A DNA stretch of 63,173 nucleotides, counting the filler, from Stramenopiles sp. TOSAG23-3 (lineage: Eukaryota), in NCBI GenBank assembly GCA_900128585.1. It is 5 parts of 5 records of this genome, joined end to end, with 100 filler letters (N's around TTAATTAATTAA, not from the genome) between each part and the next. Parts side by side here need not be neighbours in the genome. Positions count along the whole stretch, not along the records: positions 28,344 to 56,543 come from LT642250.1; positions 56,644 to 58,754 come from LT645066.1; positions 58,855 to 60,964 come from LT645067.1; positions 61,065 to 63,173 come from LT645068.1; 1 more part is not named here. One strand, written 5' to 3'. Below the pieces are notes generated by a model that was not told the origin of the DNA, did not search any database, and worked only from the letters and a program-made list of their open reading frames with translations. Every line of letters starts with the position of its first letter. Positions within the stretch are counted from its first letter, which is position 1. Below, piece by piece: positions 52,294 through 63,173 of the stretch. The position numbers and the translations under genes were made by a program.

Positions 52294-53308
52294 TTTTTTG
52301 TTTGACTTCCGATACAAGTGATAAGAGTTCTAATGTTTGTTTACAAATCACATATTTCAACATCAGCAGGAACGGATGTGGCCAGTATCGGTAGCCGAAG
52401 AAAGCAATATAACTTTTTGCCTTGTAGTGGTGCAAGTTGATGATATACCTGTAGGTCTATAATAATAATATTTAATATAATAAATAAAAAAACAGGAGCA
52501 CAGTATAGTATTATTTATAGAATGCCACGGACTACTATTAGGAGATGAAAAGAAGAAGACGGCACACACACAAAAAAGAACTCACTACAGCAGACTATAT
52601 TCTTCGGCGAAAAACAACTGCAACGCCTTATTCTTTATTACAGGTAAGTACATAATACCTGGAGGTACCAGTAAATACCGAATTAACACCTGAAGAGGAA
52701 ACACCGATAGACCGAACTGGTATAAAAATAAATATATTTATATACATTTGTTAAGTACGGGGTACCACCGCACCAGTCAGTGTACACGGTGCCTGTACTT
52801 GTTAAGCTGTTCGTTTTTCTTGCCAGCCAGCAGCCAGGTGCTCTATTATTATTTCTCGATAGTACTGCGTACACCACACACCAAACACATCTGAAGTTGA
52901 CGTGATTGGTAAGCCAGTGTCTTCCTTTGACGCAACAAGATCCGGCAGTATTCGAACTGAAGAACGACGGAGAAAGGGTCCAGTGAAATTTAAAATGAAA
53001 CGGGTAAGGTAGAGCTACGTATTAATGCTTGCATCTGTTACTGGTATTTTAAAAATTAAACTCACCAGCATCTCAAATACTCTTCGGTCGATTTTCAAGT
53101 CCAGTTGAAAAAAGATTTGTATATCCTCACAGGACACATACGTGCCTGTTGATCGATGGTGTGAAACACCGTGGATCCAATGAAACGTCACGGTAGAAGT
53201 TCCCCATGGGTTGCCCAATTCAGGCGTACAAACGCTAAATGGCGGCAACGCCATCGGGCTCAGCCCCCAGAACACAAGGTTCCACAGAACTGTGGGTCAG
53301 CCCCGCAC

Positions 53309-53827
53309 TTATGATCGGCGGTCAACGCGAATGCTGAGGGCGCGTCCCTCAACTTCGGTGCCTTGCATGGCTTCCATGCCGGCAGTGGCGTCCTCTGGCG
53401 AATTGAACTTAACAGTTCCCCATCCACGAGAGCGACCTTTCTTGTCCATTTGAACCATCGCTGCGGTGCTGTTTGCAAAGAGCTTGCTAAGATCATCCCC
53501 AGTCGTGGCCCATGGAAGGTTACTAACGTATAGAGAGCAGCCGGTGAAGTTGTAGTCTTCGGCCGCGGCGTTGTTGCGGGTGGACTCGGTTTTGCCACGG
53601 TCGAGGCGGACAACGATTTCACGGTCACCAATGCTACTTCCGTTGGTGGACTCGATGGCCTGGTTGGCGTCGGATTCGTTAGAGAAGTCAACGATACCGT
53701 ACCCACGAGAGCGTCCATTTTTGCCAAAGACAACTTCAGCGTTTGTGCAGTTGTATGGGCCATACATACCACTAAGTTCTTCGGACGTGGTGGTCCATGG
53801 CAGGTTTCCAATAAATAGGGAGGTCAT
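53309..53827 (-). CDS. Two-RRM nucleic-acid-binding protein (Gbp1p/GBP2/hnRNP-M-like)
   Basis: LFIGNLPW..RSRGYGIVDF and LYVSNLPW..RSRGWGTVKF; REIVVRLDR; ATG at 53827. Confidence 0.9.
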   Translation of the reverse strand: MTSLFIGNLPWTTTSEELSGMYGPYNCTNAEVVFGKNGRSRGYGIVDFSNESDANQAIESTNGSSIGDREIVVRLDRGKTESTRNNAAAEDYNFTGCSLYVSNLPWATTGDDLSKLFANSTAAMVQMDKKGRSRGWGTVKFNSPEDATAGMEAMQGTEVEGRALSIRVDRRS

Positions 53828-55541
53828 TTTTTTCGAATTATATATGTTATTATATACACGCGTACTCACTTATACCTTGATTTTTTGTTAATGAGAAAGT
53901 TATTCACACTCTACCACAACCATCAGCGCTTGACAATTTGCCCCGTTGGATTGGAGGGGTGAACTGTACTAAGATCCAACCAACATACTGTAATTTCTCT
54001 TAGTGAAGAGAGTGGGTGCGTGGGTGGTGGGGCGTCGCTCTCTTTTGACATCACTTCAATCATTTAAGTTAATTACTTTATTATACTTTAAGATTTAGTA
54101 ACATATAACAATGTTATCATATTTAAATAAAATATTATTTTATTAAGTTATATATGTTTATTACGTTAATAAAGCGAAGTAAAGCGATTAGGAAATGGAT
54201 TGACGTCTGTAAATTATTTAAGGCTTTCTTTACATAGATAGTTACATACATATAATATTAATAAGCTGTAATATAAAATATTATTTATATACTATTATAT
54301 AACCTTAATATTCCAAAAACCACAAGTGAGATCTGAGCGATGGTGATGGTTGGTTGGTTGGGTGCTAATCCATTGTAATGCCCTGTTAAAGTAAAATAAA
54401 ATTGATGATACTTTTTTTTCTGAAGGACGATTTAGTGCTAAGTTCCTGTTAATACTAAAACTTGTTTCGTACCTTCCTTCTATATGTGTGCTATTACGAA
54501 ATTGATCATATCATCGAAATAAAAGAGAAGAAGAAAGAAAGATCGATCTTCTTCCAGATTTGATTCTTACAATATAGGAATAGCATTCCACGGAATGGTC
54601 GTACTCTTTTCGTCGGTCTATCTATCTATCTATATAAATAGCATAGCATAGCATTGTCTTATTTTATATTATAAAATAGATGAAACCCAAAAAGAAGAAA
54701 AGAAGGTTTTCGGAAGGTTTCTTTTTGATTTGGTTGGTCGTGGTGCTCTTGATTAGGTGTTAGTTGATACAATAGGGGGAAATATCGATACACTATGAGT
54801 AAATAAATATAACTAACAATTCGAACTTCTGGGCACTGCACTCGTGCACTGGAGCTAAATCTCTTCTTCTTGAACGAATGATGGACGACTAGAGGAGATT
54901 CTCTATTTTTTATTAAGATATTAATGTACATTATATACATTATATGTATAATTTAAAATGAATATAATTTAATATAACTACTATGAAAACATTTGTATAG
55001 AAAAAACAACATCATATATATATATTACCTTATTATAAATATTAACGTCTGAATAACAATGAGAACACAGTGAGAAGAAGATCGAAGTGATGAAAAATCA
55101 AAATCCCAAAAAATAAAAATAAAAAAAGGGGGGAGGAGATTCAACAAACAAAAATGAAATACATTAAATAGTAATTAATAGAAACATAACATAATAGTAG
55201 TACTCATAATAGATATTAAGGGTCAATATAATATGTTTTTGTATTATATTATAAGAATAGCATTGTCCTGATGACTGAAGGGTTTATTACAAAATAGAAA
55301 AATAATTAAAAAAAATATAATACATATTATTATTAACTACTTTTAAACAGCAAACTGCAACTACTATTATTACAATTGAACGAAGGAAAAGAGTTGGAAA
55401 TAGGATTGACTGGAGTGTAGTGTGCAATCGGATCAAATATGTTCGGAAGAAATAGGTCGGGCAGAATTTCAACTCAACATTAGTCCACTTGAAGTTGGCG
55501 TATACGTACGTAAATAAATCTTATATTTCAGTCGTTAGGAA

Positions 55542-56123
55542 ATGAAGCTTAGTGGCGCTGCTGCACTTTTCACCTTCGCCGCTCTGAGTGGAGCTGCCAT
55601 AGTAGAAGGTGCCCATTTGAAAGGGAAGGACGTGTACAAAAGTCGTGCTGCCGAACTTCGTGCGATGATCGAAAGTACATTTGTAGAAATAGAGGAAGAT
55701 AGCAAAGCTTTGCCGAATGCAGTTGCGTCAGCAACCGGTACGGTTCAGGGTGGAACTGGTGCAACGGGGGCGGCCGCAGAAGCTATTGTCACCTTGGCAG
55801 AAAAAAAAGTGAAAGGTTTGTCCCGGGAGGCCCTTGCAAAAGTAGAAAACGCCACTCAGAATGCCATGGAAAAGATTGCGAATAAAATGTCTGGCGACAA
55901 GGCCGGTTTCGGAAACTTCCAGGGCGATGCTGATTCTTTATTCGACCACGATAAAGAACTTGCTTTGAATAGCGAAAGCCGAAACCCGCTCGTTGTAGGC
56001 GACGAGACTGAAATGAGGGATCGTGCCACTGGGGGGGCAGGAAGTACGGGTAGTGGCAGCACAGGCGTGGGAGGCGTAGGAAGCATAGGAAAAACTGGCG
56101 CAACCGGTAACGCTAATTTCTAA
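55542..56123 (+). CDS. Small secreted Gly/Ala/Thr-rich protein of unknown function
   Basis: Signal peptide MKLSGAAALFTFAALSGAAIVEG; repeated GATG/GSTG motifs. Confidence 0.75.
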   Translation: MKLSGAAALFTFAALSGAAIVEGAHLKGKDVYKSRAAELRAMIESTFVEIEEDSKALPNAVASATGTVQGGTGATGAAAEAIVTLAEKKVKGLSREALAKVENATQNAMEKIANKMSGDKAGFGNFQGDADSLFDHDKELALNSESRNPLVVGDETEMRDRATGGAGSTGSGSTGVGGVGSIGKTGATGNANF

Positions 56124-56543
56124 TTTATGGCAGGGAGAATGTAAAAATTAATAAACCCTAAAAAATCTCTTTTGTTAATAATTTATATAACATACATATG
56201 CTCTGAAAACCTTCAACACTCTCTTCTACTTTTTGTACACCCGAATACCAGATGAAGAACATGTTTCAAATTCATCTCTTCTAACATCATAACTGTTCCC
56301 TATAAATCCCACCTCCCATCATCACTTTTGGGTCCTCCCTCCACCCCCACATAATTAATTATATAATATATTTTATTGGAACAACTAGTAGACGACTATA
56401 ACTTTATAAATTAATTTTAATAAATATACAGGAAAATTTTTCAATCACAACATATTTTAGTACAGCTACTGGTAAGCTTTTCGTTGGTCGAATCCTTCGT
56501 TTGTTTTTAACTTTCGTTTAGTTAACGCATACGATTATCATAA

Positions 56544-56643
56544 NNNNNNNNNNNNNNNNNNNNNNNNNNNNNNNNNNNNNNNNNNNNTTAATTAATTAAN
56601 NNNNNNNNNNNNNNNNNNNNNNNNNNNNNNNNNNNNNNNNNNN
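56544..56643. other. Artificial contig-join linker
   Basis: N44-TTAATTAATTAA-N44. Confidence 0.97.
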
Positions 56644-57236
56644 TAACTATTTTATATAACAACACTTTTTTCTCTTTCTTCTTTTCTTTTTTGCCATAAA
56701 ATCATGGATTACAATTTAAATTCACCACTTTCCTCAATTTAGCAAAAAAACAAATTTCGATCTTCTCTGTGTGATGTGATGTGTGATGATATTAAGTAAT
56801 ATGTGGTATGATGTGATGATAAATATATTTTATAATAGACTACGAGGCCTCGTATATTAAATAGACGACTAGTCCTATTTAGTCTATAGAAATTAGATGA
56901 TGATGAGCTATGATGAGCTATGATGAGCTGATAGAAGAAGATATGATATTGCAAAATGAAACATAGACACACCATCAGCTTCATGTCAGGTAGGTAAGTG
57001 GCTCAATCATCAAGAAGGCCTCAACAAGAAGCCTCAAGCCTCAAGCTAGCAGCCTCAACAAGAATAAATAATAAAAATAATAATAAAAAAATAATAACTA
57101 TATTATTATAAGAATAAAATGAATTTGATTCGATCCCGACGCATCCACTGTTAAGCAATAACGTTTGATAACTAAGTTCATCATTTTATTTCCTAATTAA
57201 GAAGAAAAACGACTTGTCGCGATCCTTTGGTGTGGT

Positions 57237-58487
57237 ATGTTTTCTTTCCTTGCCTTCCGATGGCTGGTCTTCAGCCTCTTCTTTTCTGGAAGTTTGACTT
57301 ATCTACATAGAACCCCCGTCGTCGTGGTCCCGGGTCTGGGAGGGTCGGTGTTGGAGGCACGCTTGTCTGGAAGACCACCTTCGGAAAAGTGTAAGACGGA
57401 CTCGGGTGGGCATTGGTTCACGTTGTGGGCTGACCCAGAGCAGTTTTTGTTCAGGTACCACTGCTTCGTCCAAAATTTACAGCTTCATGCAAACAAGTCG
57501 ACGCCGGTGACCGTAAGCAACCTTGAGGGCGTGAACATTCGTCCACGTGACTATGGTGGTACGGCCGGTATTGAATTTTCCAACGCGGGGACAAAAGAGC
57601 CGCAGGTAAACTATATGCATAAGCTGGTTGATGCATTTGTCGCTAGTGGGTACGAACGGGGTGTCTCAATCAGGGCTGCGACCAACGATTTTCGCGCCGT
57701 AGGGTTGCCTAACGTATTGCACCGCTACTACTCTAACCTCACAGACCTGGTTGAGGAAACGTTTAAAATAAACAACAACACAAAGGTTCATTTGCTCAGC
57801 CATTCTCTGGGAGGGCCGCTGGCAAATCTCTTTCTCACTTCTGCCGTGAACAAGACTTGGAAAGACCGTTTCATTGCCTCCCACATCATGATATCCTGCC
57901 CGCTGATGGGGACGCCTATCGCTATGTATGCCGCCTTCATGGGGCCACGGTACGATTTCATTCCGCAGTTTATCCCGGAGCTTTTAGTGCCAATGATTAA
58001 AACGTGGCCCTCCATAATTTGGATGTGGCCACGAGTTGCTAGAGATGGGTACAATGTGTGGGGAAATACAACCGCTTTTGTGAGGACACCAACAAAGAAT
58101 TATACGTTGGGAAACTTGAACGAATTTGCCAGTGATTTGCCGGGGGGGTCGATTTTGTTCGATACGTTTGAATCAATAATAAATACCACTTTGGACACAA
58201 CTATCGATCCAGGTGTAAAGACATTATGTATGTTCGCGAATGATACAAAAACGGATTTATCAGTGAGTGTGCCTTCCCTGAACCCCGTCAATCGCACCAA
58301 GTCAAACATACTGACTTGGGGAGATGGAACAGTGAATCTCCACTCCTTGGAAGCGTGTGCTCGATGGAAAAATGTGACTGTGCGTCCAATTAAATTTGGT
58401 GGCTCCCTTGCAGCCCATACAGAAATTGTAAGTAACCCGGAGGTGCTGGAGAAGGTTGTTCACTGGGCTATGGGCCAGCCTGTCTGA
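57237..58487 (+). CDS. LCAT / group XV lysosomal phospholipase A2 family enzyme, secreted
   Basis: Signal peptide; PVVVVPGLGGSVLEARL, SHSLGG, GDGTVNLHSL, AHTEIV catalytic-triad motifs. Confidence 0.92.
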   Translation: MFSFLAFRWLVFSLFFSGSLTYLHRTPVVVVPGLGGSVLEARLSGRPPSEKCKTDSGGHWFTLWADPEQFLFRYHCFVQNLQLHANKSTPVTVSNLEGVNIRPRDYGGTAGIEFSNAGTKEPQVNYMHKLVDAFVASGYERGVSIRAATNDFRAVGLPNVLHRYYSNLTDLVEETFKINNNTKVHLLSHSLGGPLANLFLTSAVNKTWKDRFIASHIMISCPLMGTPIAMYAAFMGPRYDFIPQFIPELLVPMIKTWPSIIWMWPRVARDGYNVWGNTTAFVRTPTKNYTLGNLNEFASDLPGGSILFDTFESIINTTLDTTIDPGVKTLCMFANDTKTDLSVSVPSLNPVNRTKSNILTWGDGTVNLHSLEACARWKNVTVRPIKFGGSLAAHTEIVSNPEVLEKVVHWAMGQPV

Positions 58488-58595
58488 TGATGTTTGGCAT
58501 GAAGCCACTGGGCACGGCTATGTAGAGAGCTGCCGTACTGTGCGGTATAAAGATACCCATTTTTTATGTGTGTGTGCGCTGCTATTTTACACAAA

Positions 58596-58754
58596 AACAA
58601 GAAAATTGGCTGTTGTTTTTTGAAGTAATTAAAATTAAAAATGTACTTAAATACATCATAAATTTATGATTTTTTTTTAAAACAAGAAAATTGGCTGTTA
58701 TGAGGAGACATTGTTCTTGAACTGACACCTTCTTTTTTTCTTTAATTTTTAATT
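58596..58754. repeat. Dispersed non-coding repeat, locus E, running to the contig end
   Basis: Core copies at 58596-58614 and 58681-58700; 58708-58754 is the reverse complement of 41402-41447. Confidence 0.88.
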
Positions 58755-58854
58755 NNNNNNNNNNNNNNNNNNNNNNNNNNNNNNNNNNNNNNNNNNNNTT
58801 AATTAATTAANNNNNNNNNNNNNNNNNNNNNNNNNNNNNNNNNNNNNNNNNNNN
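58755..58854. other. Artificial contig-join linker
   Basis: N44-TTAATTAATTAA-N44. Confidence 0.97.
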
Positions 58855-58903
58855 AAAAGTGTGTTTTCCCCAATATATAATACGAACAGAGTCCGAAGTC
58901 TAA

Positions 58904-59491
58904 ATTTTTTACTTTAATATAGAAACAGTTTCTAAATATCACGGAAAATTACGGAGAAATGGATGGTATTTACAGCAATTATTGAAATTATATGCGGGTA
59001 AAATCATCCCAGATATTTTAGATAAATATTTAGTAATTGATAGTGATACATTTTTCTTGAAACCAACAACTTTTATAGAAAATAATAAATGCTTGTATAA
59101 TTATGGTAGAGAATACCATAAACCATACTTTGAACATATGATAAAATTGGATAAAGGTTTGAATAAAATTTATGGAGATAAATCTGGTATTTGTCATCAT
59201 ATGATATTTGAGACAAAATATATAGATGAACTTATTTCTAGAATTGAGATAAACCATAATGATTTATTTTACAACGTATTTTTAAAAACGGTAACGGATA
59301 AAACCGGTTCTGGTGCTTCGGAATATGAAATTTATTTCAACTATATGTTAAAGTATAATCCAGATAAAATAAAAATTAGAGGATTAAACTGGAAAAATAC
59401 AAATAAACTAGAAACAAATTGGAATGGAGATTATATATCATGTCATTGGTGGAATGCAATAAGCGGAGAAATAGTATGGCGCCGTACATGA
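58904..59491 (+). pseudogene. 5'-truncated GT-A-fold glycosyltransferase-like gene (DUF6492-like), very AT-rich
   Basis: Frame opens after TAA at 58901 with no N-terminal ATG: IFYFNIETVSKYHGKLRRNGWYLQQLLKL, DXD motif LVIDSDTFF, SGICHHMIF, GASEYEIYFNY. Confidence 0.65.
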
Positions 59492-59533
59492 TGGGTGAAA
59501 TCAAAAAGACATAAACAACAGGAAAAGGTGACC

Positions 59534-60174
59534 TTGCACATTTATATTATTAATCTTGAGAAACGTCGAAAACGATATGATTTGTTACTCCAAAATTTAA
59601 ATAAGATCTTTTACCTGAAAACTGGAAATTAGATATCGACCGTGTCAATGCATCTGCTGGTAACGAAAGAAATTCATCTACCTATAGTAATTGGCGTACA
59701 ACAAATGCCCACCATGATGGTAAAGTAGGCGAAACCCAGAAATATTGGATTAGGAATGTAACAAATGGAGAGATAGGTTGTTATATGTCACATGTAAATA
59801 CCATCATAAACACAATTGCACCATACAACACAAATGATTTACGAAAACATTACTTTTTAATGTTGGAAGATGATGCTAACTTTAATACATTTGAATTAGC
59901 ATTTGAAATCAAAACCAGATTAATATCATTACCAACAAATTGGGATCTCTTTTATTTAGGTTATGCTTTTGTAAACAATAAACACAGAGTCATAAACGAA
60001 AATATATACAAATGCGGTTACACCTATCAAACCCATGCATATATGATCACAAAAGAAGCCGCACAAAAAATAGCTAGAATAGATAATATTTATGATGATA
60101 TAGTAGCTTATGATGAATTTTTATCATCCATTCATAAACAGCATCCTAGAGAAGATATGAATAGACTTATTTAA
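59534..60174 (+). pseudogene. Frameshifted GT25-family glycosyltransferase, very AT-rich
   Basis: LHIYIINLEKRRKRY from 59534 lies in a different frame from DLLPENW..GEIGCYMSH..LEDDA..WDLFYLG..THAYMITKEAA (open from 59605); no in-frame ATG before the N-terminal motif. Confidence 0.75.
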
Positions 60175-60270
60175 ATTCATCATGTATAATACATCATTAT
60201 ATTTTAACCATCATTTTAATACCGAGAGTAATAAAAATAATCATTTTAAATACAAAAATGCCTGTATTAT

Positions 60271-60963
60271 TCACACTCCCACACCCACATTTCCAAAGAA
60301 AGCATTGTAAATGGTAATAGCCACTGATCCAAGCAGAGTTAAGATTGCTTCCGCCATCCGACTGTCAACTGGAAATCCATTAATACGCAGTTTTTCATTA
60401 TCCCCCTCTGCATCCATTTCATTTGCAATATGTTTCAATGCTCTCTGCAGGGATTTAACTTCTGCTACTCGCACAGCAATTGCTGCTTGGTCAACACCTT
60501 CCATTTTCATAACTTCGACTTGATTTTCAACATGTGCCTCAAGTCGTGTCCGGTAATGTTCAACGACTGACTTGTGAAGTTTGATTTGACGGTTTGCACG
60601 CATTCCTGTGCGAATGATCAACAATCCACCAACGCACAACACAACTGCCAGGTACAACTCAATAATGAGAGCTGCTGTAACTCTAAGAGATCCCCCTGAG
60701 TTGAGCACCACAATCATGGATACAAATTCATAAATGCACATAATTGCTAACAAGATGATGTAAAGCCCTACAAAAAACTCCATTCGCCTTCTAAAATAAA
60801 GTGCATATTTTCTCATCACATGCCTTCCAAGATTCCAATTGTAAACATTGCGTGCTGTTGGCTTAAGATCAGGTAACCCATCAAAAAGTGTTGAAGGTGG
60901 CAAAAACGTGTCAATCTCTCGTGCATCAGGTACAGTAACTGGGATAAGGAGCTCCATGTAATG
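60271..60963 (-). CDS. C-terminal part of a PHTF-like multi-pass membrane protein (7TM ion channel superfamily candidate), 5'-truncated by the contig end
   Basis: LPDL..RNVYNWNLGRHVMRK, two TM helices, G..AN, a long helix, then KLRINGFPVD plus a terminal TM helix; frame stays open to the contig end. Confidence 0.6.
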   Translation of the reverse strand, partial: HYMELLIPVTVPDAREIDTFLPPSTLFDGLPDLKPTARNVYNWNLGRHVMRKYALYFRRRMEFFVGLYIILLAIMCIYEFVSMIVVLNSGGSLRVTAALIIELYLAVVLCVGGLLIIRTGMRANRQIKLHKSVVEHYRTRLEAHVENQVEVMKMEGVDQAAIAVRVAEVKSLQRALKHIANEMDAEGDNEKLRINGFPVDSRMAEAILTLLGSVAITIYNAFFGNVGVGV

Positions 60964-60964
60964 A

Positions 60965-61064
60965 NNNNNNNNNNNNNNNNNNNNNNNNNNNNNNNNNNNN
61001 NNNNNNNNTTAATTAATTAANNNNNNNNNNNNNNNNNNNNNNNNNNNNNNNNNNNNNNNNNNNN
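60965..61064. other. Artificial contig-join linker
   Basis: N44-TTAATTAATTAA-N44. Confidence 0.97.
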
Positions 61065-63173
61065 GCGCCTCTGCCCGAAAATATGCATCAAAACGTATTC
61101 TGCTTTCTTCATCACACGTAATCCCTACGCTCCAGATCAATGAAAACAAGAATAAACTTTCAATGCCTTTGTCAAAATTATCTATGGCCTCTTCCGATGG
61201 AGGGTCTAATCCTTCCTTCGCGTGAAAGGGGGCCACGAAACAATCCAATATTCTCATCAAACTAGCTGTCAAGTTGTTGTTGACAGTTAAGGCGATTTCG
61301 TTTATGAATCGTCTTAAGAAAACCATAGAGTTAACTAAGTATGTATCAAAGAGCCACTTCAATTTGTTTCGCGTGGACTGTTTTAAAGTCTTTGGGAGGG
61401 TATTGAACCACGACAAAATGATTGCAGTCTCACCAAGACTTTCGGGTTCCATGTACACCATGCCGCATCGAGAAACGGTGGCAGGGCTCGCAACGGACAA
61501 ATCATTAACTTCGAAAATCATAGACATTTGGGCAGACATCTGAAGCATTTCCCCACTAGTCAAACATAACTTTCTATTATCGTCCAACACCGTGTTCATG
61601 TTTTCAATCCATATAGCATCTACAGGCCCATCGAATATGACAAACTTACGATCCGGTTTTGTATCCTCGGAGGCCTCTCTGTACAGTTTTGGTAGTACTC
61701 CATCAATAAACTCGCGGGTGTTGGGGTCAAATTCACCATACAATTGCCCCATCGTTATACTCTTGGGGTTTAGCGCAAAGTGTCGTACCTTTTCGTATAA
61801 ATTTCCGGTTATATTGTGTGCTTTTAGGAGCGTTAACGCCCGTGTCAATACGTCGATGTTGGCACTTTTACCTCCACCAGTTGGTCCAACAACCATTAGC
61901 CCGTGTCGAACTACAATCGTTTCATACAACTGAATGTTTTTTGTCAAGAACCACCCGTGAGCTTGCAGTCCTTCTGCCTCACAGGCTAAACGCAATGCTT
62001 GCATTAACGCCCCATAATCTAGCTCGGGCCGCTTTATCCCAGGAAATAAATCACTCATGATACCTTCAAATAGAGGCAAGTCCATTGCTAAAAACTTTGG
62101 TAAGTTCACGTCCTGCAATGCGCGTAATAGCAACTGCAATTCGTTGGCGTCCGGTTCTTTTCGTTTCAAATTACCCGCAGCTACAATGGTTGTTTTTACA
62201 GCGCGCATCCCGTAGTCATAATGGTATTGCGAAGACAGCTGCTCACTACATAAGCGGAAGGTGCTAACCATTTTAGCCCCGCATTCCGCCGCGATTTCGA
62301 AGCCGTACGCGATCAACATAATTTCACCGATAAGGGCATAATCAGGAACCATCATAGCCACTGGGCGAAAGCACGCAGCCAAATTTTCGGGTAATTCTGT
62401 CCTTCCAGCGTACCCCGGGTTCATTGTGATATAAGTTGCATAATTGTAATCTAACGCAATGTTGCTCCCTTCGAAGTCGATTCTGGTGTATCCTTGGCGC
62501 ACACCGTCTTGCAGGTTAATAATTTGTTGCGCGACTACGCTCAATACTTCGATGTGGATACGATTGAACTCGTCAAAACATGCCCATGCCCCACACGCTG
62601 CGAGACCTTTGAAAAATTTACCCATCGCCAGGTAGTCTAATCCATCTCCGCAGTTGAACACGACACACTGTTTCGCCAGACCCTTGGCTAGATCCTTTAC
62701 CGTCTCTGTCTTTCCTGTCCCCGCTGGTCCTGCTGGTGCACCCCCCAAAACCATTTGCAAAGCCCCCATTAGGGTTAGATAGCACTTATCGGTTAATGGC
62801 GTTATAACCAATCGAAAAGAATTTCCCAAATATTCATACCCATATTCGCGCACAGATGCTACCATTTGTACATACAAGTTTTCCGTTACGCCTCGTTCTT
62901 TCCAAAACCCAATCTCTCCTTCTCGCCAGTAGTAACGGCACTGACTGAGCCACAAAAAGTCATTGACATCGGAACAGCCCTGCTTCACCATTTTTAGGGT
63001 TACGTCCCGTGCGTGGACGTCAATTACGGTCAAAGCACCTATACTTGTTCTTGCTAGTTTTTCTAGTTTACCGCGAACCAGTTCAATCATCACAGCGAGC
63101 TGCTTCAATTGTTTCTCGTATTCTCCTTTCAGTCCCTCGTTCCCATTTTTTTTCATCGCCGCTTCCATCTCTG
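61065..63173 (-). CDS. Axonemal dynein heavy chain, internal fragment (AAA1-AAA2), probably inner-arm type
   Basis: YGYEYLGN..RLVITPLTD, GPAGTGKTET, CFDEFNR, QYHYDYGMRA, GPTGGGKS, FDGPVDAIWIENMNTVLDDN; open at both ends. Confidence 0.97.

Noticed and set aside
52902..52960. Possible box C/D snoRNA (GTGATTG...CTGA)
   Set aside because: Box C is imperfect, there is no clear terminal stem, and I recognised no rRNA guide sequence.
61009..61064. Dynein ORF ending in ..LIN-stop
   Set aside because: The stop comes from the linker; the gene is truncated by the contig end and is not a pseudogene.
57237..63173. LCAT, glycosyltransferases and dynein as a gene cluster
   Set aside because: They sit on three separate pieces joined by artificial linkers.

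Overview
Gene-dense, intron-poor nuclear DNA from a flagellated eukaryote: NPHP4 and an axonemal dynein are present, and a stramenopile-like protist is my unconfirmed guess. GC-rich, mostly single-exon genes are separated by very AT-rich spacers with (GAA)n tracts. The window is not contiguous. Four 100-nt N44-TTAATTAATTAA-N44 linkers join five assembly pieces (28243, 28200, 2111, 2110 and 2109 nt), so adjacency across linkers has no biological meaning. About 25 coding regions are supported, including glyoxalase II, MMADHC, a Rieske protein, NPHP4, an LCAT-family lipase and a partial dynein heavy chain. Most notable: (1) a modular dispersed non-coding element (core AACAAGAAAATTGGCTGTTA) at five loci, always just downstream of stop codons and once as an inverted pair; (2) an HSA+SANT p400/SWR1-type protein whose SNF2 ATPase motifs are all degenerate; (3) an ADP/ATP-carrier paralog lacking its salt-bridge network and RRRMMM motif; (4) NPHP4 with a large EF-hand insert; (5) a spliced 91-aa gene missed by the ORF track, resembling an ATP synthase 6 kDa/i-j subunit and head-to-head with the Rieske gene; (6) a 2.1-kb piece carrying broken, AT-rich giant-virus-like glycosyltransferase genes next to a PHTF-like membrane protein gene. 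All family assignments come from motifs recognised by eye; no searches were run.
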